Below are positions 52,538 through 64,000 of a DNA stretch of 64,000 nucleotides, in pieces. The notes under the pieces are model-generated. The model was not told where the DNA came from. It ran no database searches and was given only the letters and a program-made list of their open reading frames with translations. Made by a program: the position numbers and the translations under genes. The DNA is from Lytechinus pictus (Eukaryota), in contig NC_087251.1 of the NCBI RefSeq assembly GCF_037042905.1, forward strand, positions 7,442,001-7,506,000. Reading direction: 5' to 3'. Positions within the stretch are counted from its first letter, which is position 1, and every line of letters begins with the position of its first letter.

Positions 52538-53114
52538 AGGCCAAGTCTACCCCAACAAAGATTTGATTTGAAGAAAAAGAGAAAAATTTCAATAAACATA
52601 ACACTGAAAATTTCATCAAAATCGGATGTAAAATAAGAAAGTTATGGCATTTTAAAGTTTCATCCTGGTCGATATGCAAATGAGGAGACTGATGACGTCA
52701 TCCACTCACTATTTATTTTGTATTTTATGATATGAAATATTCTAATTTTCTCCTCATCGTCAACTGAAACAACGATCAATTCCTCTCTGTACATGCATGT
52801 GGAGTTAGCGTTGTTTAATACTATATGGTTCAGTCAAGTTGGTCCTTATTGTCAAATCTGTAAAAATGAAATATTGTATAATTCAAACCATAAAAAACAA
52901 AAGAAATAGTGAGTGATGGACATCATCGGCTGTCTTAATTTGCATGTCACTGAGTTGTGGATATATCGATGTTTTTTTTTTAAATAAGCGAAACTTTAAA
53001 ATGTCATAACTATCTTATTTTACATCCGATTTTGATGAAATTATCAGCGTTATGGTACTTTGATTTTTCTCTATTTATTCAAATCAACAATCATCTGGGG
53101 TGTGGACTTGACCT
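52538..53114. mobile_element. TTAA-target MITE with long imperfect TIRs
   Basis: ttaa|aggccaagtctacccc ... gggtgtggacttgacct; internal IR tttcatcaaaatcggatgtaaaataaga / tcttattttacatccgattttgatgaaa. Confidence 0.8.
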
Positions 53115-53869
53115 TAAAAAACAAATCAGTCAAATTGACTAAACCAGTCGTCGGCTGGGTTCAACTGATAAGACAATCACTGATTATCACATTTCTGACA
53201 TATCAGGGACGTCACTGGACATACAAGTCAGAAATAACTCTGTTCCAGTAAAATGCGACTAGAATATGACCAGATCTTATTACTAGTAGTCATATAGCTC
53301 ACGTCCCTGGTTTGACCATAGAGCTATGGTTTATTGTCTGATTTGTTTTTAGAGCCGTGTACTTAAATCATTTTATCTTTCAGTTAAAGCCTCTAATGAT
53401 TTTTTCAATGGCTATAATAATGATTTTTGTTGTGTTATATATAAGCTACCGAACTACAGTTAATATTCAAGAAAGCGAAGCGAGCGAGCAAATTTTCAGC
53501 AGTTGGAACTTTGAAGACATGCTGACCAAAATGTGATTATTGGATGTGGCGAATGAGACGGGGCTTTATAGAGGTCGGCCCCTCGAAAGCCCTCGGCCCC
53601 GCCTCCTTCGTGTGCGCGTGCACGCTCCCGAAGTTAAATAGTCTGCTACTACAGACCTTAGACAGCAAAACTGTCGGTCGACATGGTTAATAATTAGTAT
53701 TTTATTGTTTTATTTTCGTTGATCTTCAAGTTCCAGTACCTAAGTAAGTTTTAAAGGTTCACATGAACTAAAACTTCTTATTCGTCTGACAGCCCGGCAG
53801 CCCTGGGACTTTAGCGGATGTTCAAATGCTGTTTGTACAACTTGGCTGGTCAAGCAACTACTAACGAAC

Positions 53870-54129
53870 TTTGACATCGTGACACGTGTGACAAGGCGCC
53901 GCGGCTGCATGCAGATTACGCATGATCAGTGCGAGCTCGTTTGGCATATCCGCATGCAAGTGCCGAGCTCCGCGGCGCGGCGGCGAGGCCGGCGGCCTGG
54001 CCTGGCCGGCGAACTATAGTTTATTACTATAGCCAGGCCAGGCGTAGGTCGTACGTGCGTGCGTGACTTCGACAGTTTGACTGTTGTACCGGTACAATTC
54101 CAGGCTACTCAAGCTCAACTCTCATTAAA
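53870..54129 (+). promoter_or_regulatory. CpG-rich putative MDH1 promoter/5' UTR
   Basis: Locally GC/CpG-rich tract (cgcggcgcggcggcgaggccggcggc...) in an AT-rich background, immediately upstream of the ATG|GT exon. Confidence 0.6.
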
Positions 54130-54132
54130 ATG
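54130..54132 (+). CDS. MDH1: MDH1 coding exon 1 (initiator ATG only)
   Basis: AAAATG|GTAAGC directly after a CpG-rich tract. Phase 0 matches the next exon, which lacks a Met. Vertebrate MDH1 also has an ATG-only first coding exon. Confidence 0.8.
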
Positions 54133-54242
54133 GTAAGCAATTAAGGCAATGATGGTTTTACTTTTAGGCACAAGCCAGCCATGACAGAACCAGAAGATAT
54201 TTAGCATTGCTTGGCTTGATAAAGTTAATACACTTACAGTTA

Positions 54243-56186
54243 CAGCGCTGCCAACTTTTGAGAAGAGTTTGGAGTGAGACATTGCGAGGGAGCGAAGCCA
54301 CCAAGTCCAAGCCCGAGGTGGAAGGGGAGGGGGGTGTCCCCCTCCACGGTAGGGAGCTTTTACAATTTTGCAATTTAAATGGTGCAATCTGGCACATACT
54401 TTTAATTATGATCCCATAAATACTTAAGCCAAAAGGAGGGATTCAAATAGGTTAATTGACTTTTTTAATGAAGTTCACCGACCTTGTCCGGCCTTGAAAA
54501 AAAATTCCACATTTTTAAGTGCATATAAAATTATAAGCTTAGCAATAGCAGTGAAACCTCAACCTGTATCTGCTGCTCCCTAGAGGAAAAAAGAATGAAG
54601 GAAAGAAATAAAGAAGGAAGGAGAGGAAGCAAGCAAGCAATATAAAAAAGAAAGAAAAGGTAAAAGAATAGATGAATTTGAAAGGAAGACAAATAAAAGA
54701 CAAAAAAAAAAGGCAAAAGACAAAGAAAGGAAGGAAGGAATGGATGAAGTAAAGAAAGACAGAAGAAAGAAAGAAAAGTTAAAAGGATAGATCGGAGGGA
54801 AAAAAGAGAAAGAACAAAAGACAAAAAGAAGAAAGGAAGGAATGAATGAAAGAAAGAGAAAAGACTGACAGAAGGAAGAAATAAAAAACAAGAAAGGGTA
54901 AAGAAAGGATGGATGGAAGAAAGAAAGAAAAAAGAAAGAATGAAGGAAATAAAGGGTAAAAAGAAGGAAGGAAAGAAAAAAAGAAGAGATAGGCCTAAAT
55001 ATAGGATGGATGGACTCATGCAAGAATTAAAGAAAAAAAAAGAAATAGAGAAAAATATTTTCTTAAAGGACTGAAAGAACGAAAGACTGACAAAAATTAG
55101 GAAAAAGAAAAAAAAGACAGTAACAAAAAAATGAAAGAAGAGAGAGAAGAAACAAAGAAAGATTGAAAAGAAAGAAGGAAAGAAAGCTAAAACTATCATC
55201 ATATATGAATTATCAGTTTCTTTTTGGCTCAATTAAAGGGCCCATCAGCCACTGACAAATCATGGGGAAATTGAATCAATAGGAAATTTGCAAAAGGCCA
55301 ATTGACTTGCATAATATAATCCGTCCGTCATGAGCGCCCGTCGGACTAATGCGAAAAAAGTTTGGACAGTACGAATTTGACTGAACTTGTGATGGTTATT
55401 TACTTCGGATCGTCGCAGTACCAGTTTCCAACAATCCCAATTCCTAGACTCATAACAGGTCTCTTGATTGCTAAACAAAAATAAATAACCTCTGTGAAGT
55501 TACATGTTTCAAAGTGAAAACATGCAGTTTACTTCTGGTTGGTTAGTCTACTAGTACTAACTACTGCTCTCCTAAAGACCTCCCGGACATGCCGGCGTCT
55601 ATTACATAACACCCCCAGGCATGCAGCCGAGTGAAAGACTTGAATCCCTTCTCTGTTCTGAGATAAGCCTTGATTTCCCCATGATTTGTCAATGACAGGT
55701 CGCTTTAAAATAAAGCTACGAAAGAAACCAAGTGTATCAACACACACACAAATGCATATGTGGGGCTATTATGTATTCAGAGCGCCGTGCCGGCGGGCTA
55801 TCGCCATGACATGACATTGCATTGATACTCGATCGCTCGTTGTGCCTCGCTAAAAAAACACGCTTCATAGTAAAATTTCGACGTCACCGGCTCTCACACG
55901 CGGGATACAGTAAGCCAATCGCAACTAAATTTCTTGTCTTTGCGCGGCAAACCGAAAACCAATTTGCATTGATGGTTTAGCTTTGCGCTTGTGTGGTTAA
56001 AAACTTTGGCACTTTTGCCTGGCCGGGTTATAATGTTATTGAATATCTGATATAGGTTAAACTTTTTTTCTCTCTATTTTTGGGGTTTTGCATGAGAATT
56101 CCTATGATCAGCGTGAGAGCGTGAGAATCAGGTGAATTGTGTGAGACTCACGCAGATTGCGTGAGAGTTCTCAGTTGGCAGCCCAG
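54243..56186. mobile_element. Non-autonomous TIR element (CAG..TGCCAAC ends) with a GA-rich tract in MDH1 intron 1
   Basis: cagcgctgccaact / agttggcagcccag; 6-bp near-TSD cagtta/aagtta; subterminal gtgaga repeats. Confidence 0.7.
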
Positions 56187-56314
56187 AAGTTAGCTGTTAC
56201 TACTACTACTAGTGTTCAGACTGTTTTCACATAGTCGCTACCTAACATTTTTTAAGTCTACCTGTCCTTGATCTAGATCTACTTTTACCACTATATAGGC
56301 CCTATTATATTTTA

Positions 56315-56860
56315 GCCTTGAGGACTCCATGTCTGATATTTTTTAATATTTTGACATATACTTCTTCAGACATGGAGCCTTGACACTCTTTCCATAGACG
56401 CTGCAGCGAGACCTACAACACACCCGGATGGATTTCCCTAGGAAATCCATAGTTTGAGGGTGAAATCGGTTTGTAGGGGTCAATTTTATTTATCTATGAA
56501 CCTTCATGCGCCTAATGCGTAGAAAGGGATAACAATTATTTCACTATAAATGGTAAAAATGGGACGTTTCTTACCAGACCGATCTCGTGTAGATCCCTTG
56601 ATCCGTTTGTCAACAAAGCAAATACAATAGACCTGACCCTTGAACTGCTTCGTTATGACGTACATCCGATTAGCGATGCCGTTTTGAAGAACAATTTATA
56701 GATTTAAAAATGTAATACGTAATTATAAATAATTAGTATAATACTACTGATTATTTATAATCACATATTAAATTTTAGTATTTGTGAAATAATAATTTTT
56801 ATCTATAAATTGTTCTTCAAAACGGCATCGCTAATCAGATGTATGTCATAACGAAGCGCT
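56315..56860. mobile_element. Truncated relative of the 12.2-13.1-kb foldback
   Basis: Shares aggactccatg, ttcttaccagaccgatctcgtgta and gttttgaagaacaattt; palindromic about ~56750. Confidence 0.8.
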
Positions 56861-57129
56861 AATTATATTTGGAACTAAATTAGCACTGTCCAGCATGTAG
56901 ACCTCTGTCCCTCTCCACGACTGCCAGAGGCACTCCACTTGTTAGAAAAGTACTTTATAAAGAGAGTTTGAATGGAAAGTGTTGAACTTTGTTGATTAGG
57001 ATATGTGGTCAAGGCTATTCCACAATTTGATATATTGCACACGAAATGAATTTAAAACCATGGACCATGGTAGGTAGGACAATGAAAAAAACGAAACAGC
57101 ATTTCTACTAAAAAGCATTACCGTAATAT

Positions 57130-58330
57130 ATTCTTTATTAGCATTATAGAGGAAATCTTGGGTTGATAAAATAATTTATATTGACGAGTCTTGACTTTTA
57201 ATTGCAAAAAGAGTGATATGTATCGTATTTGTATGAAAAAACATTTGCCCATATTTTATGTTGACATGTTCTGTCCATTCATGGGCTGATTTAAAGTATA
57301 TTGATATATGTTTAAAGTAACGAATATTGAAAACAAAATTATTTGGTACAATAGTAACATAAAGTATAAAAAAGATGTATTATATTTTCCTAACTGGATA
57401 AAAAACAATAATTTGGAAGTTAAACAAATCGTAACAGGTGGTGAATGGAAGAAGATTGATTCAATATGTACTATTTTTAAAGAAAGAGAATTACTTTCTA
57501 CCTTTGAATTGATGAAAATACAAAATGCGTTCCCGAAGTCCTGGCTTGACAAATTACGTAATAATGCACGAAATGTAAATTGTATATCATCGAAATCCAG
57601 CGCTATTGAAATATCAACAGGTGACTGTATAGAAATCAATGGCATGAAAGCCAGACATTATTATCATTTGATGATCGAAAAGGAAAAAAGAGACCTCCCT
57701 TGTATTAATTTTTGGAACGATTTCTTTAGCTTGCCTCTTAAACTTGATTTTATAAATGACAACAGGATTAAACAATTTAATTTTAAATTAATTCATAGAA
57801 TACTACCAAGTAAAGACAATCTTTGCAAATGGAAAATTAAAAATGATGTTTTATGTAATATTTGTAAAGTTCCAGAAACCAGTATTCATATTCTTTTTAC
57901 CTGTCAAGTGGTCACAGTATTTAGGAAATTTTTTCTGAACCAATAGATGCTTTGTTCGATGTAAAGATTGTTTTGAACGAAAAAAATTATCCTGATAGGT
58001 CATGAAATAGAAAAAACAGAAATGAATGTTGTTAATCTTATTTAAAATTTTTCACAATTTGTAATCTATAGGAATTATATCAGAATTTTTTTTGGAAACG
58101 ACAAGCATATGACTCATGCTTTTTAGTTTATGAAAGATCTAAAGGTAGAAATTTGAAGTTATTTAAGAAGAAATGTAATCAGAAGAGACTTGATTTAAAA
58201 CAGGTCTCAAAGGTTCTTTCAATCCTTTAGTTCCTGTTTCGTTATTTTATCTATGTATATTTTTGTATGTGGCTTTTGTATAAAACGATTGTAAATATCG
58301 TATGAACAAATAAAGTCCCTCTTATGAGGA
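57130..58330 (+). mobile_element. 3' fragment of an L1/Tx1-type LINE (C-terminal Cys-rich region of ORF2)
   Basis: ORF 57308-57946 ends with FNFKLIHRILP...LCKWKI..LCNICKVPETSIHILFTC, the CCHC zinc-binding segment typical of L1/Tx1 ORF2. Confidence 0.82.
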
Positions 58331-58829
58331 TTAAAGAGAAAAAAATATTTATGAGTGTTATAATCATATACTGTAGAGTTAAGAGTAGATCTAAACATAT
58401 TTTCAAATATCTTTGGCAAAATTCCAGATCTGTATTTTATACATGAAAATAAGGGAATCCATAGAAATGAGATCATATAAAGGTAAAATATTCATTTTCT
58501 TGAACAATGGCAATGACAGTTATATGGAGATGATGAAATAAGTTGATTTTTTTCTGGAGTAGATTTATCAATAATTTACGAAGATGACATTTCAAAGTAT
58601 GACCCCAAACTGAGTTGCAGTAGATCCTATGTTAGGTGAGGCAAGATTAGGCTATAATATAAAGTATTAACTGTTTTTAGGCAATATGAATTTAAGTTTT
58701 GAAATTATTTCTTATTGTCAATTATCATGGAATTGACAATTAAACAGTTATTAGAAGTATACACAGTTACCTTTAATATGTCATATTACATAATTGTTTG
58801 TCTTTCCATATTCATTTGCTGATTTCTAA

Positions 58830-59787
58830 TTTTTGTCTCACCTGCATAGCAGAGTGAGACTATAGGCGCCGCTTTTCCGACGGCGACGGCGGCGGCGGCG
58901 TCAACACCAAATCTTAACCTGAGGTTAAGTTTTTGAAATGACAGCATAACTTAGAAAGTATATGGACCTAGTTCATGAAACTTGGCCATAAGGTTAATCA
59001 AGTATTACTGAACATCCTGCCTGAGTTTCATGTCACATGACCAAGGTCAAAGGTCATTTAGGGTCAATGAACTTAGACCATGTTGGGGGAATCAACATCA
59101 AAATCTTAACCTAAGGTTAAGTTTTTGAAATGTCATCATAACTTAGAAAATATATGGACCTAGTTCATGAAACTTATACATAAGGTTAATCAAGTATCAC
59201 TGAACATCCTGCATGAGTTTCACATCACATGACCAAGGTCAAAGGTCATTTAGGGTCAATGAACTTTGGCCGAATTGGGGGTATCTGTTGAATTACCATC
59301 ATAACTTTGAAAGTTTATGGATCTGATTCATGAAACTTGGACATAATAGTAATCAAGTATTACTGAACATCCTGTGCAAGTTTCAGGTCACATGATCAAG
59401 GTCAAAGGTCATTTAGGGTCAATGAACTTTGGCCAAATTGGGGTATTTGTTGAATTACAGCCATGAATTTGAAAGTGTGTTGGTCTAGTTCATAAAACTT
59501 GGACATAATAGTAATCAAGTATCACTGAACATCCTGTGCGAGTTTCAGGTCACATGATCAAGGTCAAAGGTCATGTAAGGTCAAAGAACTTTGGCCACGT
59601 TGGGGGTATTTGTTGAATTGCCATCATATCTCTATAAGTGTATTGGTCTAGTTCATAAAACGTGGAAATAAGAGTAACCAAGTATCACTGAACATCTTGT
59701 GCGAGTTATAGTAGTTTTCAAAATCAGCACTGCTGCTATATTGAATCGCGTGATGCAGGTGAGACGGCCAGAGGCATTCCACTTGTT
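58830..59787. mobile_element. HINE-like element, family A (opposite orientation), ending ~60 bp upstream of MDH1 exon 2
   Basis: ttttgtctcacctgcatagcagagtgagac start, (ggc)n, four ~160-190-bp units with aggtcaaaggtca, atgcaggtgagac...cacttgtt end. Confidence 0.88.
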
Positions 59788-59849
59788 AGAATAGTAGCCG
59801 TAGGTAAGGCATACGATGTATTGACAGTTTGTTTGCTTTTATGTTGCAG

Positions 59850-59948
59850 GCTGCTCCACTGCGTGTGCTTGTAACTGGTGCTGCTGGACAGATTGCATAT
59901 TCCCTTCTCTATTCCATTGGCAAGGGAGATGTCTTTGGACCAGAGCAG
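59850..59948 (+). CDS. MDH1: Cytosolic malate dehydrogenase coding exon 2 ([33 protein letters not shown])
   Basis: Diagnostic NAD-binding [16 protein letters not shown] motif. Acceptor ttgcag|, donor |GTAAAT; 99 nt. Confidence 0.96.
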
Positions 59949-61113
59949 GTAAATTTCCTTTCAGCAGTAAAAAATAAATCAATTCGACATAAAATGTTAT
60001 AGTTACTTAGTATGTTGTATTGAACCCAATGGCAGTGGATTTAAGCATTGGAGATTCAAAATCTACCACCCATAATTAGCTCAATATTGTCATGATTGTG
60101 TCTGATGTTGTCTTTTAATTTGATTTCATATATTCGAGTTCAACAATAATATGATATTCAAACAAGAATTGGTTAAAGTGTGAGAAAATCACATGAAAAG
60201 GAGAATAAGCAATATAAAATCTACAAAAATCAACAACCCAAGAAATGGTATATGAATTTATATATGGAGCTTATCAAGGGCAATCCCATGAGTCCCTTCC
60301 CCTTGAAAATCCATGGTTTCTTTGCCATCACAGCTCAAATTTTATTCTTTGTAGATGACTTAGCCTAAGGTCAAACCTCATATGCAGTTGAGGCTAGAAG
60401 TTTACATACACCCAGGAAATTCAAAGAAAAGTTGACAATTGCCAAACATAAAATATACTGTATCTTATAAAATATTTGTGTTATCATGATGAATTTGATA
60501 TCAAACAAATGAGCATGTCATGCCCTTCATCACAACGCTTTGTCATCAGGATCTGAAAAATATTGGTGTAATTTTTTTTCTCCAAAAATCTTCATATTTT
60601 AGACAAATTAAAAATAAAAACTTGACAAAAACATTTCATATTTATGCTAGTTACTTCTCAACACATGCATTTCAGATTACACTTTTTGTTCAGTGATGAC
60701 ATATCATGGTAGAAAATGTACTATAAATCATATATTTGGCATTTATATATTTCTATGAAACGATGTTTGAAAATATAATAACAAACAAATAGAATACATT
60801 TGGCAGAAATATGTTTTTCATCTTCAAAGAAAATTCCACCTGAAATATACTTAATCCCAACAGCATCCCAATCATGTGAAAGAGCTTAATACACTCTTTC
60901 ATTTGATAACAAATTTGTCATGGTAGTATTTATATTTCTGAAGATATAGTACCGGTATATTTTATGATGGTTTGCAAGCGAACAAATTTCACTGAATTCT
61001 ATGGGTGTGTGTAAAATTTTGGTCTCAACTGTATTATAGTCTGCAAGCACACACTCAAATTAGACACTTAACCAAAGCCATGCCTAGAGTGAAGACCAGA
61101 CTCCAAACTCTCA

Positions 61114-61903
61114 GGCCCATATTCTGTCTGAAGTCAGGTTTAACTTAGACCATGGTCTAACTTTGTGTTAAAATTATGGGAAGCCAAGTGTCAAAGTTTT
61201 TATTAAGTTGTATGTTTCATGTTTCATATGTTTACTTTGCTCTTTTCTGATTCATCGATGGTGAAGACAATCATTTATTTATACTTCCTACACAATTATG
61301 AATGATTGGAAAGCCAAATGAGCTGAAATATTAGATCTCTACCTTTAGTGATTTATGTAACAATTGGCTGCCTATACTTAAACCACAACTTTAAACCTAA
61401 GAGGCTGTTCTCACTACGTTCCTAAAACTAGTTTACTGGGAACCGGTTCAGAAAGCCAGTTTGGAAGATCGCTTTGCTAGCGTTCTCACTTGATCACACG
61501 AAAGTGGTTTTCAAAATCACTTCACGTAAAGCGCTCTTGTTGCTATGGAAACGCTCTCAGTGGGGTGACACGTTTCGCGCGAAATTCGAAACCGCAGCAT
61601 AGGCATTCTACACCTGTCGTGTGGAGTAGCGCGCTCAAAATGTGCGAAGATCGCTTCCCGAAGAACGGTTGTGTCCTCACTTACGCTAAAACCACTTTTC
61701 CGACGCGAAGCGATCTTGAAAACTACATCGCGAGGTGGTCTTCCAAACTGGTTTGGAAGAGCGCTTCCAAGAGCGCTTCGACCGTTCTCATTTAGCGTTA
61801 AACTAGTTTCCACTAAACTAGTTTCCAGTAAACTAGTTTAAGGAACTGAGTGAGAACAGCCTCTAAGTTTATTAAAGTCAAACCCGACTTCAGAATATGA
61901 GCC
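61114..61903. mobile_element. PIF/Harbinger-like MITE containing a second MITE
   Basis: tca|ggcccatattctg..aagtcaggttt ... aaacccgacttcagaatatgagcc|tca (3-bp TSD). Confidence 0.78.
61401..61863. mobile_element. Nested PIF/Harbinger-like MITE
   Basis: taa|gaggctgttctcact ... agtgagaacagcctc|taa; perfect 15-bp TIR and 3-bp TAA TSD. Confidence 0.87.
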
Positions 61904-62072
61904 TCAGTGTCAAATGGTAGAGCCAGCCACAGTACATGGTGAATCTAGTCTCATTACTTTAGACTCTGTATTATGCAATTTTTTAAGTGCAAAAACCATG
62001 GGTCTGTGCCTGCAGACCAAAAAAATGTCATCCATTTGATTTGGGATTTGACAATTTACATTGTAACTTGTA

Positions 62073-63237
62073 AGGGAGAGTGGGGTAAATAAGGCCACCT
62101 TTTTCATAAATTCCAGTCATGTCTTTTTTAATGCATAGGCCATAGCAGTAGAAACATGATGTCTAATACAAAGTCTACAGCATCAAATATCGTTTTCAGG
62201 GGGCCGTATTTGCCCCATCAAAATTGAGCAAATGAGGCCCTTTGATTAAAGACTATTTTGTGTAGATATATTCAAAGTAATAATAGTTCAGTTGGTTTAA
62301 TACAATCACTGAACATTTACTTGTAACAATCACAGGATTGATATTTAATTATTTCCCCAAAGTCCCTCATTTAAGGATTTATTTATCAATCCTATGAAAT
62401 ATGGACACTTTAAGTGTAAATACATGTAAGCAATTGTGGAGATGTCTACACTTACATTTTACTGTTTTAAAGAGAAATTCCAGTAGTTGTACATGTAGTA
62501 AACACTGATTTCATGAGAAAGTCTGTAAAACCAGGCTTAATTGTCAGTATATCATCGAGGATCTAGATCTGGTACAGTTACATAAACTGAACTTTGTGAA
62601 ATCTTGAAATCTACGCTGAAAAATGTTCAGACTGAACTTCCCCAACACAGATAAGCGCACGTGGGACTGTGTATAATTAGTGCTTCCCGAATCCTGTGCT
62701 TATTTGCTGATTTCTCAGCAATTACACAATTTCTTCCAGAATCCTTTGGCACATGCGTTTTATTTATACAAACAGATAATTTGGTGGTAATTTCATTGGA
62801 TTCTGTACGAACTCATTTTGATATCGTTACCAAAACTAGCATTTACCTTTAAGAGATGTAACCATACAGTGCTAATTATGTTTTAATCCGGGGGGGGGGG
62901 GGCTCATTTGCCCCATCAGGCATGTTAAGTTCATAGGCCTCCAGTATATTAAAAAAAAGGAGGGAAAGTGGTGAATTTTGCAATGTACAGTATTGGCATG
63001 TACCATAATCATGCCTTTCAAACGTTAACTAAGAAAAAAATAATTACTCATTTTTATTTTGAGGTGCTGCTAAGTTTGTGCTCCTCCTGGTCATGTGCAT
63101 TGTACTATGAGACATTGTCTATGCTCAAGATAATGAACTGTTTCAAATACCACACAAACAGCAATCCCTTGACGCTGGCAAACTTGAGCAGTGATCTTAA
63201 AATAATAACTGGGGGCCTTATTTACCCCACTCTCCCC
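62073..63237. mobile_element. TA-target non-autonomous element with a nested TTAA element (~62471-62848)
   Basis: ta|agggagagtggggtaaataaggcc ... ggccttatttaccccactctcccc|ta. Confidence 0.82.
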
Positions 63238-63389
63238 TACATGTATGCTTACATATTGAAATAGAGGGAGAGAAAGGGAGGGGGATGTAAAAGAAATATG
63301 ATTTACATGTACACTTTCTGAATGTGGGAAAAAAACGAAATTGGTATAATCATACACATTATGGCATCTGTTTGTATTTTTGTTGACAG

Positions 63390-63486
63390 ACTTTGGAACT
63401 CGTCCTGTTGGATATCCCACAAATGATGACAGTTTTAGGTGGGGTTGTCATGGAACTCCAAGATTGTTCTCTACCTCTTGTCCAGA
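63390..63486 (+). CDS. MDH1: MDH1 coding exon 3 ([32 protein letters not shown]); the gene continues beyond the window
   Basis: LVLLDI...GVxMELQDC motif. Acceptor tgacag|, donor |GTGAGT; 97 nt. Confidence 0.96.
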
Positions 63487-64000
63487 GTGAGTTTTATCAT
63501 TGCATATATATTGGAAGAAAAGGGCAATGACTCTTGAAGTGAATTTCTATTTCGATTTTACCCATGTAACTTATTTGTCCCAAATGCTCAAATTTGTGTA
63601 TTGTAGCTGAACTACATGTATATCTAGACTTGAAAATGAAAATCTTTCTTTTATGGAAATATAACATGGTTTCACTTCATTTTCCATTCATATTAGAATT
63701 ATTTATTTGTGATATATACATTTTTTATTCATTTTAAACCAGTATGATAAGAATTAAAGGAATATTTGGTCAGTTTTAAGGTTTTTTGGGTCACTTCCCT
63801 AACAGTTTAAATGTTTACAAAAATTTGTAAATGTTCTTTGTGTTAATGGTCGTTTAAATATTGGTTAAATGTTTTGACTCAGGCCTAGTCAATTTTAAGG
63901 TACATTTGTCCTGTTTCCAAATGGTTGAACTGTTGAGCAAAGTTTGTAAACTTTTTTTTTGTCAACAGTCATTTGAATGTCCGTTAAACGTTAAAATAAG

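Overview
Eukaryotic, AT-rich, transposon-saturated animal DNA. The repeat families suggest a marine invertebrate, probably a sea urchin (inference). Two protein-coding genes lie head-to-head. (1) A complete 7-exon SAE1/AOS1 gene (SUMO E1 subunit 1) is on the minus strand: CDS 41590->2030, 1023 nt/340 aa, all GT-AG junctions in phase, with a 29.7-kb first intron. (2) The first three coding exons of cytosolic malate dehydrogenase MDH1 are on the plus strand: an ATG-only exon at 54130, then 59850-59948 and 63390-63486; the gene continues past the window. Almost everything else is repeats. The SAE1 first intron holds an RNase H-bearing LINE split into seven pieces by a stack of nested insertions at least five levels deep, bracketed by a perfect 57-bp inverted repeat 21.5 kb apart. 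Other repeats include three families of Helentron-like (HINE/DINE-1-type) elements with ~150-160-bp tandem units carrying the AGGTCAAAGGTCA (nuclear-receptor DR1) motif, a foldback element with 16-bp tandem arms abutting the SAE1 start, many non-autonomous hAT/TTAA/TA/Harbinger-type elements, tRNA-derived SINEs and decayed LINEs. I found no convincing novel protein-coding system; the notable signals are structural. Most ORF-track entries are low-complexity or antisense noise.
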